DNA of 64,000 nucleotides. Source: Convolutriloba macropyga (Eukaryota). This document shows, one piece after another, positions 50,012 through 62,975 of the stretch (position 1 is its first letter; every line of letters begins with the position of its first letter). Location of the stretch: contig NC_134480.1 in the NCBI RefSeq assembly GCF_964194025.1, positions 15,004,001 through 15,068,000 of the forward strand. The letters are read 5' to 3'. The notes under the pieces are model-generated. The model was not told the DNA's origin and did no database searches. It saw only the letters and a program-made list of their open reading frames with translations. The translations under genes were made by a program, and so were the position numbers.

Positions 50012-53000
50012 GTAAATAAATCTTCGGTTTTAATGCAAGGCGATCTAATTAGAAAAAGAGAATTGTTGGTTATAATCTCGGGCTGACAATCGTGAAAGAT
50101 AATAAGAGTCTCGGTAATGTGCATTTGCACATAATGTTCCGAACCCGCTCAACCACGCTTTTTTTACCTAATTGTCTTCCAAATGAGGAAGAGATAGAAA
50201 ACTTTCGAAAATCCAGATGTTAGAAAATAATTGTAACCATTTAAAACGCTTTAAACTCAAACCACTAAGCAAATAAAACAGTGCCTCATTGGACGACCTA
50301 TGATACCTACCATTAGTGACACAAAGACACGACCAGCAACAAAATCAACGAAAAACATTAAGTATAAATTACGACCGAAACTTGGTGTCTGTCTATTTTT
50401 TGAACAAAAACAGACCAATAATTTAAAGAAAATTGAAGTCAATACCTAGATTGAAGTCGAACAAAAAATATTTAAAAATTTTATTTATAAATCCGTAAGA
50501 AGCCAGTAGGACTTTTCATTATCCACAATATCATGCGTCAACAGTAAGAACATTTACAAGCAGAAATCAGAAAGTCAATCAAAATGTGCAATAAAATGGT
50601 GTCGAAGCAGTTAAAATCAAAATCTATTCATCAAAAATATTTCAACTGCACTTTCTCTCAATGACAATGTTGTGGTAAGCGACTAGTTGTTAATATGATA
50701 ATGTTAAATCGCAGCAAAAAAACTAACAATGGGAAAGTAACTAGAAGTCAAAATTAAGTTAGGAAAACTATTTGTATCAAAGCCAGAAAACTATTATTTC
50801 AAAGATAAACCCGCAATGAAGACCACAAATAAATTCACTTGAAGATGCAAATAGGTTTTTGCTGAGAATGCGCTGTCACAATCAAGACAAAAAAAGGCAA
50901 AGCTAAAAAGCTGTGTTTTTCTTCAAAATTTTTTTCAAAAGACAACAAATGAAAATTTTCGAAAGACAAAAGCTAAACAGATTAATTTTTATTTTTTGGG
51001 AAAGCAAACTGCACCTGTCATTAGTCAGAATAAGTCGCAAGACTACAAAATAACAACGAAGACAGGCAGAACTCAAAATTTGAGATCAATTTCTTAGGAA
51101 CTCAGTGTCGAACTAAAGGACTTATAGTTTATTACTGAAATGATAGTATATGTTCATTTGCCCCTCTCTTCACGTAAATTTGACTTGCGATTTTCGATTT
51201 CAGAGTGGGTTTGAACTCATTTGCGTGTGTTATTGACATAAAAAAAATGCATAACTTTTGAAAAAATGGTCAGCGCCTTGCAAAAATCCGTAAATAAACA
51301 AAAAATGGCCCTGCTATGTCTGCCTGTCCTTTCAATAACATAATTTTCCAATTCTTAGAGAAATAATTAATTTGACAAAAATGCAATATGTCAAAATCAA
51401 TTGTAAAATGTATAATGATTTTTTTTCAAAGAACAGTTATTTTCTAGCAATTGAAAGCATTAAATAGTTTCACTAATTTACAAATCTTTTCCTTATTAGA
51501 AAATTAATTAGACTTATTCATTATTTAGAATCAGTGGCAGCTCTACGAAATTAACAAAAACGCTAGCAAAACTCAAAGAACTGTCTAAAAATTTAAGAAA
51601 ACATTTAATCGGAGCTTTTCTCGCAAAACACAATATTTATTCATTTGGCCTCATTGGAACAAAAATGGGATCTCCATTTAATTTAATGTTCAAAGTAATA
51701 CAAACCTGACTGAGGAAAATTGCAGAAAGGTTTTAGAAATGACTGCGCCAAAACAGATCCTTTTTCATTGCAAAAATCAGCGATGAGACCAAAACTGCCC
51801 TTGCTATTGCTGCCCGGCTGATAAAAAAAATGTAACTATTTCAAACCGATATGTAATAGTTTGGCAAACAAAAATGTTGATATATCAAATAAAAGTTTTG
51901 CTTATTTTATTAATATCGGTTTAACGTAGCCGAAGGCCGCCAATTTATTTGTTTGAGAAGACATTCTTCAGAATCGGAGGCACAAATTGCTCTTTTCATA
52001 GTAAAAAAGATTGTGTCTTTAGTTTTTACGTCTTCACTACCAGTCAATTTCGAGAAAGTGGGCTGAAGAATCACATCAGATGCCATTTTGAAAGAAAAAT
52101 AAAAAAAACGAAATAAACAATTTTTAAAATTTTAACAGCCTTTAGCCGAAAAGTGTCGGCTCAAACAATTCATCAACTGTGTTCTGTCTGTAAGCGTAAA
52201 ACCAAAGATAGTATTGTTAACAACTTTATTCCATTTTTAGAAAAAAAAATTATCAAAAATTGATCAAAAGTACGAAAAATGGGGACACAACAGGAAGACA
52301 AACCAACGTTTGCAAATTTTTAAACATCTGTAACCTCGAGAAAGACGGAACCCAAAAAATCTTATTTATTTGAAGTTCTACACATTTAAGCATACAGTTT
52401 TTCCCCCACTAAATTGGGTCGGAACAACAAAGATGACAAGATGACCAGTGAAAATAACTTTACTGATACTAAAATTGTTGACCATCAGAAAAAAATGTTT
52501 ATAGGTCTGATTGCGGTTCAATTAACGTTGCATCTTTTGTGAATTACAATTCAACCGGGTATTGAAAAACTTATGAAATTTTTTTCAAAGGTTTCAGGTC
52601 TGACATATCTTAGGCTAAAACTTTTTTTATATACAACTCATGTTTACATGAAACTCTACACTTTGTACTCAATTTTTGAACAGTTCCGCAGTATCAACGT
52701 CGCAGAAATCGAGTTAATTTAATTTTTTGAAATGTTAGTAAAAATGCATATCAAATTCTTAATTCGAAGAGGTCGTAAAGATTGTTTATTTCTCTAATGT
52801 ATTTTCGGTCAGATTTTGTAAAAAAGTTTGTTCTTTGGAAAGAATGTTTTTACCCAAAACTATCTGTTTTTATATTATACAGATTTCCGAATTCTATAAT
52901 TCTGACAGTCTCAAAGAATCAGATGCGCCTGCTGAAAAAACTGAATTTTCTAGATGATGTCTGAAAACCGACAGTAAAAACATTCGTTAAGAAAAAGCAA

Positions 53001-54644
53001 AGAAAATTCTAGCTTTTTGCTGAAGTTTTCCGGAGTGTTTGTTGTCGGTCAGGATTTTTTTATTAGACTCTTATTCGACTGGAAAGGAGAAAGTAAATGA
53101 TGGTTTGTTTTTGTTTTGGCCTTCCGTGAAATGGGGGGTTTGAACTTGATGCTTATCTATATTTTTTGTGTAGTCATCTTTGGCCGATTGATTTTATAGA
53201 GAGATGTAGATGTAGTACCATCTGAAGGTTCTTGAAGAAAAAATGAATCAATTGACGAAGGGTTTTCAAAAAAATTATTAACATTTTTTTCATTTTAGGT
53301 TAGAAAAATCTATTATCTCAAAGTACATTAGCTTGTATAACAATAAAAATGTGATATTTTATAATCTCCTCAATGCTTCTCAAACAGAGGATTGACCCAA
53401 TTTATCCCATATTATCCGCACAGAAACCTATTCAAATGTATTTTTTAATAACTTTAAAACTATGTATAACTGTTTCTGACAGAAAAATGTTGTAAAACAT
53501 TAACTACTAATGGAAAATCGAAGGTTTTTGCTAATCTCGTTTTTCTGAAACCAAAAAAGACCAACAAATGCACATTTTTTGGAGAAATTTCACACTTATT
53601 TTGTTTTCACAAAGTTTAGTTTCCCATACGTTAAATTGACCATAAAACTATAGCTGTCATTCATAGAAGTGAGTTTGATCGGTTCCATCGTCAATTGCCG
53701 CGCATCTATCTCAAGGGGTTATTACTCTTTCTTCTTTCGTTTTATTATACTTCGTCCAACCAGAATTATTTTTGCCTTAGCTACTCATCGATTGGGGCCC
53801 TAAGAATCAATCACTTCCATCTGTTTTGTTGATTTTAGGATTGAAGCAGTTATTTGTCGATCTGGTCTCGGCCATTTTGGAAGTCGTTGTAATCTCTACT
53901 CATCTCACAATTTGAACAAAGTAGCTGCTTTCTAATCTTACAAAAAGAAATTTTGTTCTGTGTGTTTTGAAACTTTTAATAAAGAGTTTTATTGTTTCAA
54001 TTTGATTCGTTAATTCTGTTTATAACACATAAAACTCAAAGTTATTAAACTGTGCATTATCGATATTGCTATTATTGATGTTCTGTTGGATGAGAAAACC
54101 TAGAACGAAACATTTTTAATAGTCTTTTTTGAGCCTGAGACGTATAACCTATTTTTGAACTAGCAAAATTTTGCTGCATCACTTTGGTGTGGTTATGTTT
54201 TTTTCATGAGTAACGAAATTTATGTTGATTTAAACTCACACTTTGGGAATATAGAATTGATAAACTAAAAAATGGATTTATTAATATATTTTGTTGATCG
54301 TATTTTCAAAACAGAGCTCTAAATTGAGACTGTTCAGTGCGGGTCTTTGGTCTTATGAAAAAGATAGTTCAGTTTGCACATTTTAAAAATTTTTTATAGA
54401 GAAAGAATTATCTTTTCTGTTTTTTATATATTTTTATACCATTCAGAATTCAGACTTCCAGCCAGGTCGAGGAATTTTGCCAAAATTATGTAAGATATGC
54501 ATTAACTAGCGTCGACAAGTCAGACAATTCTCCTACATAATTTTGCGCTGAATGCGTTAAATTGTGCGTTTCTAAGCGCAAATCTTACATAATGTTGCGT
54601 TGATGTTACCGTAGATTTTACAAAAATGTGACGCAGAAAGCTAA

Positions 54645-54716
54645 GTTTGTGAGACTCGAACCACTGACCTCCTTCCTGTTATTGCCTCTTCCTTCTACCA
54701 CTGTGCCACCGTACGC
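54645..54716 (-). other. tRNA-like Pol III module (SINE head/pseudo-tRNA)
   Basis: Minus strand: A-box TGGCACAGTGG and B-box GGTTCGAGTCT with normal spacing; no full cloverleaf. Confidence 0.6.
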
Positions 54717-54760
54717 TAAAACAATCACTGACCACATTCTCTATAAGTTATGTTGAAACA

Positions 54761-55062
54761 ACGCTAAATTTAACGCAAATTTATGTATGACCAACGCTAT
54801 ATTCAACGCAAAATTATGTAAAATCTACGCTAAATTCAACGCAAACTTATTTAAGATCTACGCTAAATTCAACGCAAACTTATTTAAGATCTACGCTAAA
54901 TTCAACGCAAACTTATTTAAGATCTACGCTAAATTCAACGCAAACTTATTTAAGATCTACGCTAAATTCAACGCAAACTTATTTAAGATCTACGCTAAAT
55001 TTAACGCAAACTTATTTAAGATCTACGCTAAATTTAACGCGAAATTATGCAAGATCCACGCT
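54761..55062 (+). repeat. 33-bp minisatellite, 9 copies
   Basis: Unit acgctaaattcaacgcaaacttatttaagatct at an exact 33-bp period; explains the spurious ORF 54787-55107. Confidence 0.95.
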
Positions 55063-55079
55063 TTCACCGCATTCATCGC

Positions 55080-55494
55080 TGTCGTACATCATAATTTAGT
55101 GCAGTAAACTTATCATACGATGTACTTAATTTAATCAGTGTACCCATTCCTGAGGGGCATGTGTATAAATCATTATTACTTCACATGCATGTCTGTTACT
55201 ACCATTTTCCCACAACGGGAAAATATTGTTCATATTTTATTTGACTTCTGGAATAACAGTTGAGTTATTCTTTCATTCTCTTTATTTTGCTTCTCGCGTA
55301 CAGTTGCCCAATTTAATTTATTCTTCACTAACTGTCTTGTAATTCCGAGTAAAGTAAACATTAGTTCTTACGCGATTCGCCAAGCGAATTCATTTGGAAA
55401 TTGTGTAAAGCGCACTCGCCGCGCAAGTAGGAGATAGAACGTAAACACAACTCGCGACTCAAGATCAAGTACGCAATATCACTCGCGTACGACA
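55080..55494 (+). repeat. 5' LTR (415 bp)
   Basis: 55095-55494 appears identical to 61999-62398. Confidence 0.95.
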
Positions 55495-58400
55495 TGGCGC
55501 AGTCAGCAGCTCAAAAACAAACTCCACTTGGCATTGAGCCATTTTGGGATAAACCTAGTGTAGACCCGCCACTGAAATGGGAAAAGTGGCAGATGCAGGC
55601 CAAGTTAGCGCTTCTTGCAAAGGAAAATATCATAATAGACACTTTGTTGGAACCCAAACCCGAAACAGTACAACTACCACTTGAACCGATCTATGAGGTT
55701 ACGATAACAGAATCATCGGCACAATCGGAGCGAGAAAGATTGGCGAGAAACGCCCAATCAAAAATGAATTGGGAAAACCGATGTCAGAGACAACTGGAGA
55801 TAGGAATAATGTGCGGAGACAAGCCATGGGCGCAAGCCGATCGAAAAACTGTGTCAATGCTATACCTCAGTTTGGGCACTGAAGGACGACGAATTGTCTG
55901 TAGTCAAAACCCACACCTCAAGATGGACAGTCTCTCAACAGCAGAACTTTGGACAATCATGGAAACAGCATTTATTCGTCAACGCAACATTACATTCGAC
56001 AGATATGTTCTTCTCACCACGAAACAGACAAGAGGAGAGTCTATCGAACATTTCTTCGGGAAATTGAAAGAACTTTCTGAAAATTGCGAGCTCGGAAGCC
56101 AGGAAGACACTCTCATTAGAGACTTATTTATTGCAAATATGTTAGATCCCGAAATTCAACGGGAATTGCTGCGAGAAACATTAGAACCAGCCCAAGCATT
56201 ACGTTTGGCCATAAATATGGAATTAGGCCAAAGAAACCAGCTACAAATTACAAACTCGCAATCTGCTCCGCAAGTTAATGCAATAATCCCTCAACGAACA
56301 TTTCGACCACCAAATCAGAGACCAAATACCTCAAGCTTTACTCGATCACCAAACCAACTATGCAGGAACTGTGGCCTAACCTGGTCAACTAACCATAGAG
56401 TTAAATGCATTGCGAGAGGCAAGACTTGCAATAATTGTGGCCTTCAAAACCATTTTTCTCGAGTATGCAGAAAACCAAAATCATTACCAAACAAACCCAA
56501 TCGCTCTAATGTTAACTCTGTTGAAGAAACTACAACTGACCAAACAGTAAACGCCATACAAAATATAAACTATAACCCGCAATGCGAATCAGATTACGAC
56601 AGCTCAGATGACAATATGGTCGCCAGCATTGCAAGTACCGCAATTCAGATTGAACCAAAGAACACTACCCTACAAATTGGTAACAACCATGTTGGACTTC
56701 TCATCGACTCCGAGAGTGTATGCAGTATTTTGCCTGAGTCCCTTGCTTCGGAAATCGTGGAAAATTCTCCCCTTGCTCGATGGTTGATTATAGCGCCTCC
56801 CCAGGAACTCAAAACATTTTCCAATGAACCTATAAACGTGATAGGTATGATACAGGCACCAATTGCGAGCAATGGATGGCGACTTGAAGAAGCTGAATTT
56901 GTTTTAGTTCGTGATGGACTAAAACCACTAGTGGGAAGAGATCTATTTGGCGCTCTTGGAATTTCAGTAAATCAAACTCCAAAACCGGAAGGTAGTATGG
57001 TCAACACTATCACATCACAATGTCCATTCAAAACACGCATCGCACAACAATTCCCTCAACTTATAACACGTACTGGTCGCTCAAAAATACATATTGTAAA
57101 ATCCAAATTCCACCGTCATTTCCAGCCAAAACATCAAAAGGGTAGAAAAGTACCCATCAACTTGCAAGAACGAGTAAATACTGAAATTAAAAAACTTCTT
57201 GCAGAAGGACATATAGAAAAATTGAATAACTGTTCTGATCAATATTTTATTTCACCAATTGTAATCACAGTCAAACGAGATCAAACCATAAAACTAGCAC
57301 TCGATTCTAAAACTCTTAACAAAGCAATACATAAGAACAAATATCAAATGCCAAATATTGAAACACTCATAGATTCGATATCACAAATAATTACAAACTA
57401 CAAAACAGAACCCGCGGAGCAAATACATTTCTCTACTATTGATCTTAAATATGCTTACAGCCAACTAAATTTACACCCTGAAACTGCTAATCATTGTAAT
57501 TTCAATATTATCAGTGGTGACATGACAGGCACATACCGATTCAAAACAGGATTCTACGGTCTTACTGACATGCCTGCCGAGTTTCAGAAGGCAATGGACT
57601 ACACCCTGATTGGACTTAAAAACACATTTTGTTTCTTAGATGATATTTTAATTGTTAGTAAAGGTTCAGAAGATGATCACTTCCAACTCGTACTGGATTG
57701 TCTTCGAAAGTTAGATGCAGACAACCTCCGTATCAATCTTCCGAAATGCCATTTTGCAAAACAACAAATTTCATGGTTAGGATATAATATAACTCAATCT
57801 AGAATCTCGCCACTCGAATCCAAAACATCATCCATTATATCATTACAACCTCCTAATACACTCAAAAAATTACGCTCATTTCTCGGCTCAGTCCACTATA
57901 TTAGCAAATTTATTCCCAATTTAGCTCAACTCTGCCATCCTTTCAGACCTCTACTTCGTAAATCCACTAAATTTGTCTGGACTGACACTCACACATTACA
58001 TTTTAATGCAATTAAAACTCGCATAGCAAATGATACCGAAAACATGCATTATAACCCCCCAATTTGAAACGCGAATCAAATGTGATGCTTCACGTTCTGG
58101 TTTGGGAGCAGCACTAGAACAACTAACAGTTGATGGTTGGAAACCGATTTCTTTTGCATCCCGATGTTTAAACAGCAGTGAAGAACGTTATAGTATTAAC
58201 GAATTAGAACTCCTTGGGGTAGTGTGGTCGATAGAATATTTTAAAAACTATTTATATGGAAAAGAATTTACTGTTATAACTGACCACCGCGCATTACTTT
58301 CCATTTTAAAAGAGCATCGATCAAATAAAAGTTATAATAGTAGGTTAGCACGGTGGGTTGACCGTCTATTACCTTATCAATTTTCAATAGAGCATTTGCC

Positions 58401-61400
58401 CGGCGCAAAAATGGGCCTAAATGATTACATATCCCGTAACCCATATCAACCAGCAAAAAGTGTTTCCAAATATGACGAAGAATTTCTAGTTGCAACATTA
58501 TCGAGTATACATGCTGATGCCCAATTACTTCAACAAAAACACAATCTCACAGCTAATTCACTTCATAAATTTTATATTGATAATGATAGAGAACATAAAA
58601 ATTCCACCAACATTACAGAACAAGTTTTAAACATAGATTATGAATCTCAAAATCCCCAATCTGACATTTCTAATTCACTCGCTTTGCGAAACACTAGTTC
58701 AAAATACTATTCAAAACAATCTTCTACTCCAGATATAAAACCCGCTCAGCGGGTACGCTTAACAAATGCTAAATCAAATTTCGATCCGCGAATTAATAGT
58801 CTAAAATCCTCATCCAAACAAACTGTCAATTTAGACATGAATCCCGCTCAGCATGTTCGCTTAACAAATAATAATTCAAATCTCGCGTCGCAAAAACACA
58901 ACTATAATATTATCCCTTTCAAATCTCAACATATGTATAGCACACACGCTCCAGTAGTACATTTAGCTCATAAAAATAATTCATTCGCGGATCAAATGCC
59001 ACATATATTTATCCCTTCCACAAATGGTATTAATTGTATTAGTGTACATGATCAGCGAGTACATTTGCGTCAACACAATTTCGTACTCGCTAACACATAT
59101 TCCCCTCCAATAGTTAACACTTCTAATTTAAAAGATATCACCCCTAATCTCGCATCGCGAGTACGCAAGTCTTTTAACACATTAACACCCGCCTGGCATA
59201 ATCCTTTACCAATTACTCAAAAGACTAAAATGCATTCCTTAGATGACTCTTTTGCAACGCGAGTTACTAAATACCCAAATCATTCCAAATATGCGTCACA
59301 TAGTCTACCATTTACAACTACTCCAGTACAAATTGAGTCTCAAAGACTAGTAAATACAAGAAAAGCGTCACTCGCTCACCAAAATACATCCAAATTCAAT
59401 CCTTTAAGTCATTCTCACTTGTCAATCAAAAATCAGCCTCAAATTCCTACCTTTTTTAGTAAGCCACACTCAAATACTTTAAATAACTCACGTGCCCAAT
59501 TGGTAAACAAAAATCAAGTGCTTTTTGCCCAAACTCAATCTGAAACTCAGTTGCCTTCCTTTTCGTCAATCAATTTAATTGAAAAATCAACAACCTCAAT
59601 AACAATGAGCCAACAAGCATCTTCTCTCAAGGGAAAATCCCTCTCAACTCGACCTACTAGAGCTTCGCCCCGCGTGTCATTCACTGACAATGCGACAACG
59701 AGCACGCCTCGCAGATCTTCATCGCACTCCAAACTAAGTACCCCGCTAACGGATAGCCCACAAGTAATGTCATTCGAACGAGTGGTGGGGAAAGTTTTTA
59801 GCAAAGGCCTCATCGCGTCACTGACCAGTAAGGATGCAGTCTTAAAAGAAGTGCGAGACTGCATAATTCGGGGGGACGAAGAAAGACTGAAGGCCCTCAA
59901 CCCATATCTTCACAGTTATTGGCGGGACCTTCACGTGACAGGCGGGTGCGTCTGCATGGACGAGAAGGTGGCAATCCCCAATGCACTCAAAGAGGCCCTC
60001 ATTGACGACCTCCATGCTAGTCACCCGGGTAGCTGGGGGATGATATGTATGGCCCAGCACTGCTGGTGGCCATACATGAATCGCGATTTGCTAGTCAAAG
60101 CAATAGAGTGCAAATCTTGCACTGCTATCGGTAAAAATTTAAAATCTGTTATTCCCGCAAAACAATTTAAACCACATACACCATGTATAGTACCCAACCA
60201 AGAAATACAAATAGACTTTGCAGGGCCCATTAATAACGAAAAAGAACATGAAATATATATTTTAACATGCATCGATAGATTTTCAAAATATCCTTCTGCA
60301 GAATTAGTTGAGAATGCAAATGCCTCGAATGTCATAAAATTTTTGGATAATTATATACAAATTCATGGAGTTCCTTGTTCATTAAGAATAGATCAAGCCC
60401 GTTGTCTTATAGGTAACCAAGTAAAAAATTTTTGTACAAAAAACAATATAAAATTAATACCAGCTCCGGCAAATGATCATCGTGCAATAGGTTTAGTAGA
60501 ACGATTAATTGGTACAATTAGACAACGCTTGGCATGTATTAAAGACGCACACAAAGAACTAAATACGTTCACCATTAAAGCAGCATTAAAATCAATTATA
60601 TACCAGCTTCGCATATGCAAACATAAAACAACTAAGCTTTCGCCATTCGAATCTCACTTCGGGCGTATGGCCAATACACCACTTAGTAATATAAGTACTC
60701 AACCTAAATCATCTGACCTCAGTTATGAAAAAATTTTGAATCATTATTTAGATGAAGAAACTGTAACCCCAACGAATTGCTGCCGGAAGAACATTTAGGA
60801 AACATCCGGAGTGATGATGAAGTTGAGCGCAATATGTGCAAGGCGACTAAGGATGCTACTAATCGCGAACGGCAAGCCACAGATAACGAATCACGCTTCC
60901 TTCGCACCACGCATGCACACCGCCCACTCCCACTGAAAGAACACGCGGTTCAACTCAATATTGCCAGAAAGAAGCACCTCCACAAGCGATCCAAGAAGAA
61001 CCTGGACGGATTGTATGAGGTGTTGGCACCAGGATCGGTCGTCCAAAAGACCGACCAATACACTTCGGTCATTCGCGAGCCGGGTAAGGTAGAAGTCACT
61101 GTCCGCAATAGTGATATTGCGAAATTTGGCACTCGTGAGGAAAGAAAGACAAAATTGACGGAGTACATCAACCGCAGAGGACCCCGCACGCATGAAAAGA
61201 CAACGGAAGCCAAGATACTCAGCCATACTAAAGAGTGTACCCGCATCCAGAAAGGAGACCGGAAGATGAAACATCGAAAACGGGAGACTGGTAGCGGCAT
61301 ATCCTCGAACAAATCGAACATTGCTCGCGCAATGCGAGTACGTATGCCAAAAGTTCCGGATAATTTCGCCCCGCAAGTACTACCCGGAATTCCAGAGGCT

Positions 61401-61832
61401 GCTCCCGATCAGCCAATTATAACGGAAGAAGTGATTATTGCACTTCCGCCTACAAACACGCAGCAAGAAACAATTGAACCACCTCATCCTGCTCCAACAA
61501 CATCTTTCGCCGATACTCTACCACGATCCACTAAACGAACCCGAAAAAGCCCCAAATATTATGGTTACGATAAAGACGACTCTTCGGGTGATTCCACAAA
61601 TTCGTGTCCCCCGAACTTTGCTCCACCCCGTAGGAAGCGTCGAGTGGGTGATATAGAATCGATTCAACCCTCAGTGATACAAACCATTGTGGACACTGCT
61701 ACGCAAGTTGAACCGATTCGCAACGACTTTCCTTCGCCTATCATAGGACAGGTGTCTCCGACGGACCCCCGTATTCGGCCTGCTGATCATAGCACTTCTA
61801 ACGAACTGATTATTGATGAAGCGGATATGTAA
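55494..61832 (+). CDS. Gag-Pol polyprotein (two apparent frameshifts at ~58058 and ~60770)
   Basis: Gag with CRNC..H..C and CNNC..H..C; protease LIDSE (DSG mutated); RT IDLKYAY, FLDD; RNase H CDAS, ELE, ITDH; integrase H-H-C-C, IDFAGP, RIDQA, GLVER; basic C-tail RSTKRTRKSPKYY. Confidence 0.92.
55495..55509 (+). promoter_or_regulatory. Primer-binding site, probably tRNA-Ser
   Basis: TGGCGCAGTCAGCAG directly after the LTR; complementary to a tRNA 3' end ...GACUGCGCCA typical of invertebrate tRNA-Ser. Confidence 0.7.
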
Positions 61833-61998
61833 AAACTGATATTTTATTAATTATGACTAGCTATGATAACCAGTAAATATATTGTTGATACTATTTAACC
61901 GGTGAATAAGTATTATTATTATTCATATTGTTATTAAAAATTTTATTTCATGCAATTTTAATTTTGAAAGCGGGAATTTTAATTTTGAATTTTTAATT

Positions 61999-62398
61999 TT
62001 TAGTGCAGTAAACTTATCATACGATGTACTTAATTTAATCAGTGTACCCATTCCTGAGGGGCATGTGTATAAATCATTATTACTTCACATGCATGTCTGT
62101 TACTACCATTTTCCCACAACGGGAAAATATTGTTCATATTTTATTTGACTTCTGGAATAACAGTTGAGTTATTCTTTCATTCTCTTTATTTTGCTTCTCG
62201 CGTACAGTTGCCCAATTTAATTTATTCTTCACTAACTGTCTTGTAATTCCGAGTAAAGTAAACATTAGTTCTTACGCGATTCGCCAAGCGAATTCATTTG
62301 GAAATTGTGTAAAGCGCACTCGCCGCGCAAGTAGGAGATAGAACGTAAACACAACTCGCGACTCAAGATCAAGTACGCAATATCACTCGCGTACGACA
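61999..62398 (+). repeat. 3' LTR lacking its first ~15 bp
   Basis: Matches the 5' LTR from tttagtgcag onward; tgtcgtacatcataa is absent. Confidence 0.92.
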
Positions 62399-62490
62399 AT
62401 CGCCAATCTTGCATAATTTTGCACTTTTTTAGCGTTGATACTTCGACTCTTCCCCTTGTTTTATATATGATTAATTCATAGCTTTTACAG

Positions 62491-62680
62491 AGCCACAGCC
62501 GTGAATGTCTTATGTACGATGACGCTAACATTGCATATGCTGAGAATGCTACAAATGAGAACGATTGCGCTGGACATCCGAGTGAGCCAGCGGGTGCATC
62601 CAGACGATGGTTTTTCAGACAGAATGCGCCAAATGCCCCAACAGTCACGTGCCAAGATCTGAAGACTCTGGACAGCACAT
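62491..62680 (+). CDS. Exon 2 of PAN/apple-domain protein (not in ORF track); gene continues beyond recognisable exons
   Basis: ttttacag|SHSRECLMYDD...DC...RRWFFRQ...VTCQDLKTLDST; donor t|gttagt. Completes CNAFSYC|SHSRECL in phase 0. Confidence 0.7.
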
Positions 62681-62789
62681 GTTAGTTAAGTTGATACTTT
62701 TATGAGACAATTTGAATTATTGAATTCAATGATATTTAATGACATTTGCAATTAAAAATGCGTATGACGTTACAACCCCCAGGTCTAGA

Positions 62790-62975
62790 CCTCGACTTAT
62801 GAAAAGACAATGCTCGGTCAAAATGCGCTATGAAAAGACCATACTCGACTCATTAGAGCTATGAAAAGACTTTAGCTCGACTTTAAGACATGCTGGACTT
62901 TAGCTCAACTCAAATTTTTCATAAAAGACTTTTGCTGGACCCAAAATTTTCCCAAAAGACTTTAGCTCGAGCTGG
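62790..62975 (+). repeat. Degenerate ~31-bp minisatellite
   Basis: The aaaagac...gctcgac motif is repeated 5-6 times. Confidence 0.6.

Larger units (their letters stand above)
55080..62398 (+). mobile_element. Ty3/Gypsy LTR retrotransposon, Mag-like
   Basis: TG...CA ends with 8-bp inverted termini tgtcgtac/gtacgaca; 5-bp TSD ATCGC (55075-55079, 62399-62403); PR-RT-RH-IN order; two Zn knuckles. Confidence 0.96.

Noticed and set aside
54787-55107. 106-aa repeat protein ORF
   Set aside because: By-product of a 33-bp minisatellite.
60777-61832. Separate env-like or chromodomain ORF3
   Set aside because: No signal peptide, transmembrane segment or chromodomain motif; it reads as the frameshifted integrase C-terminal extension.
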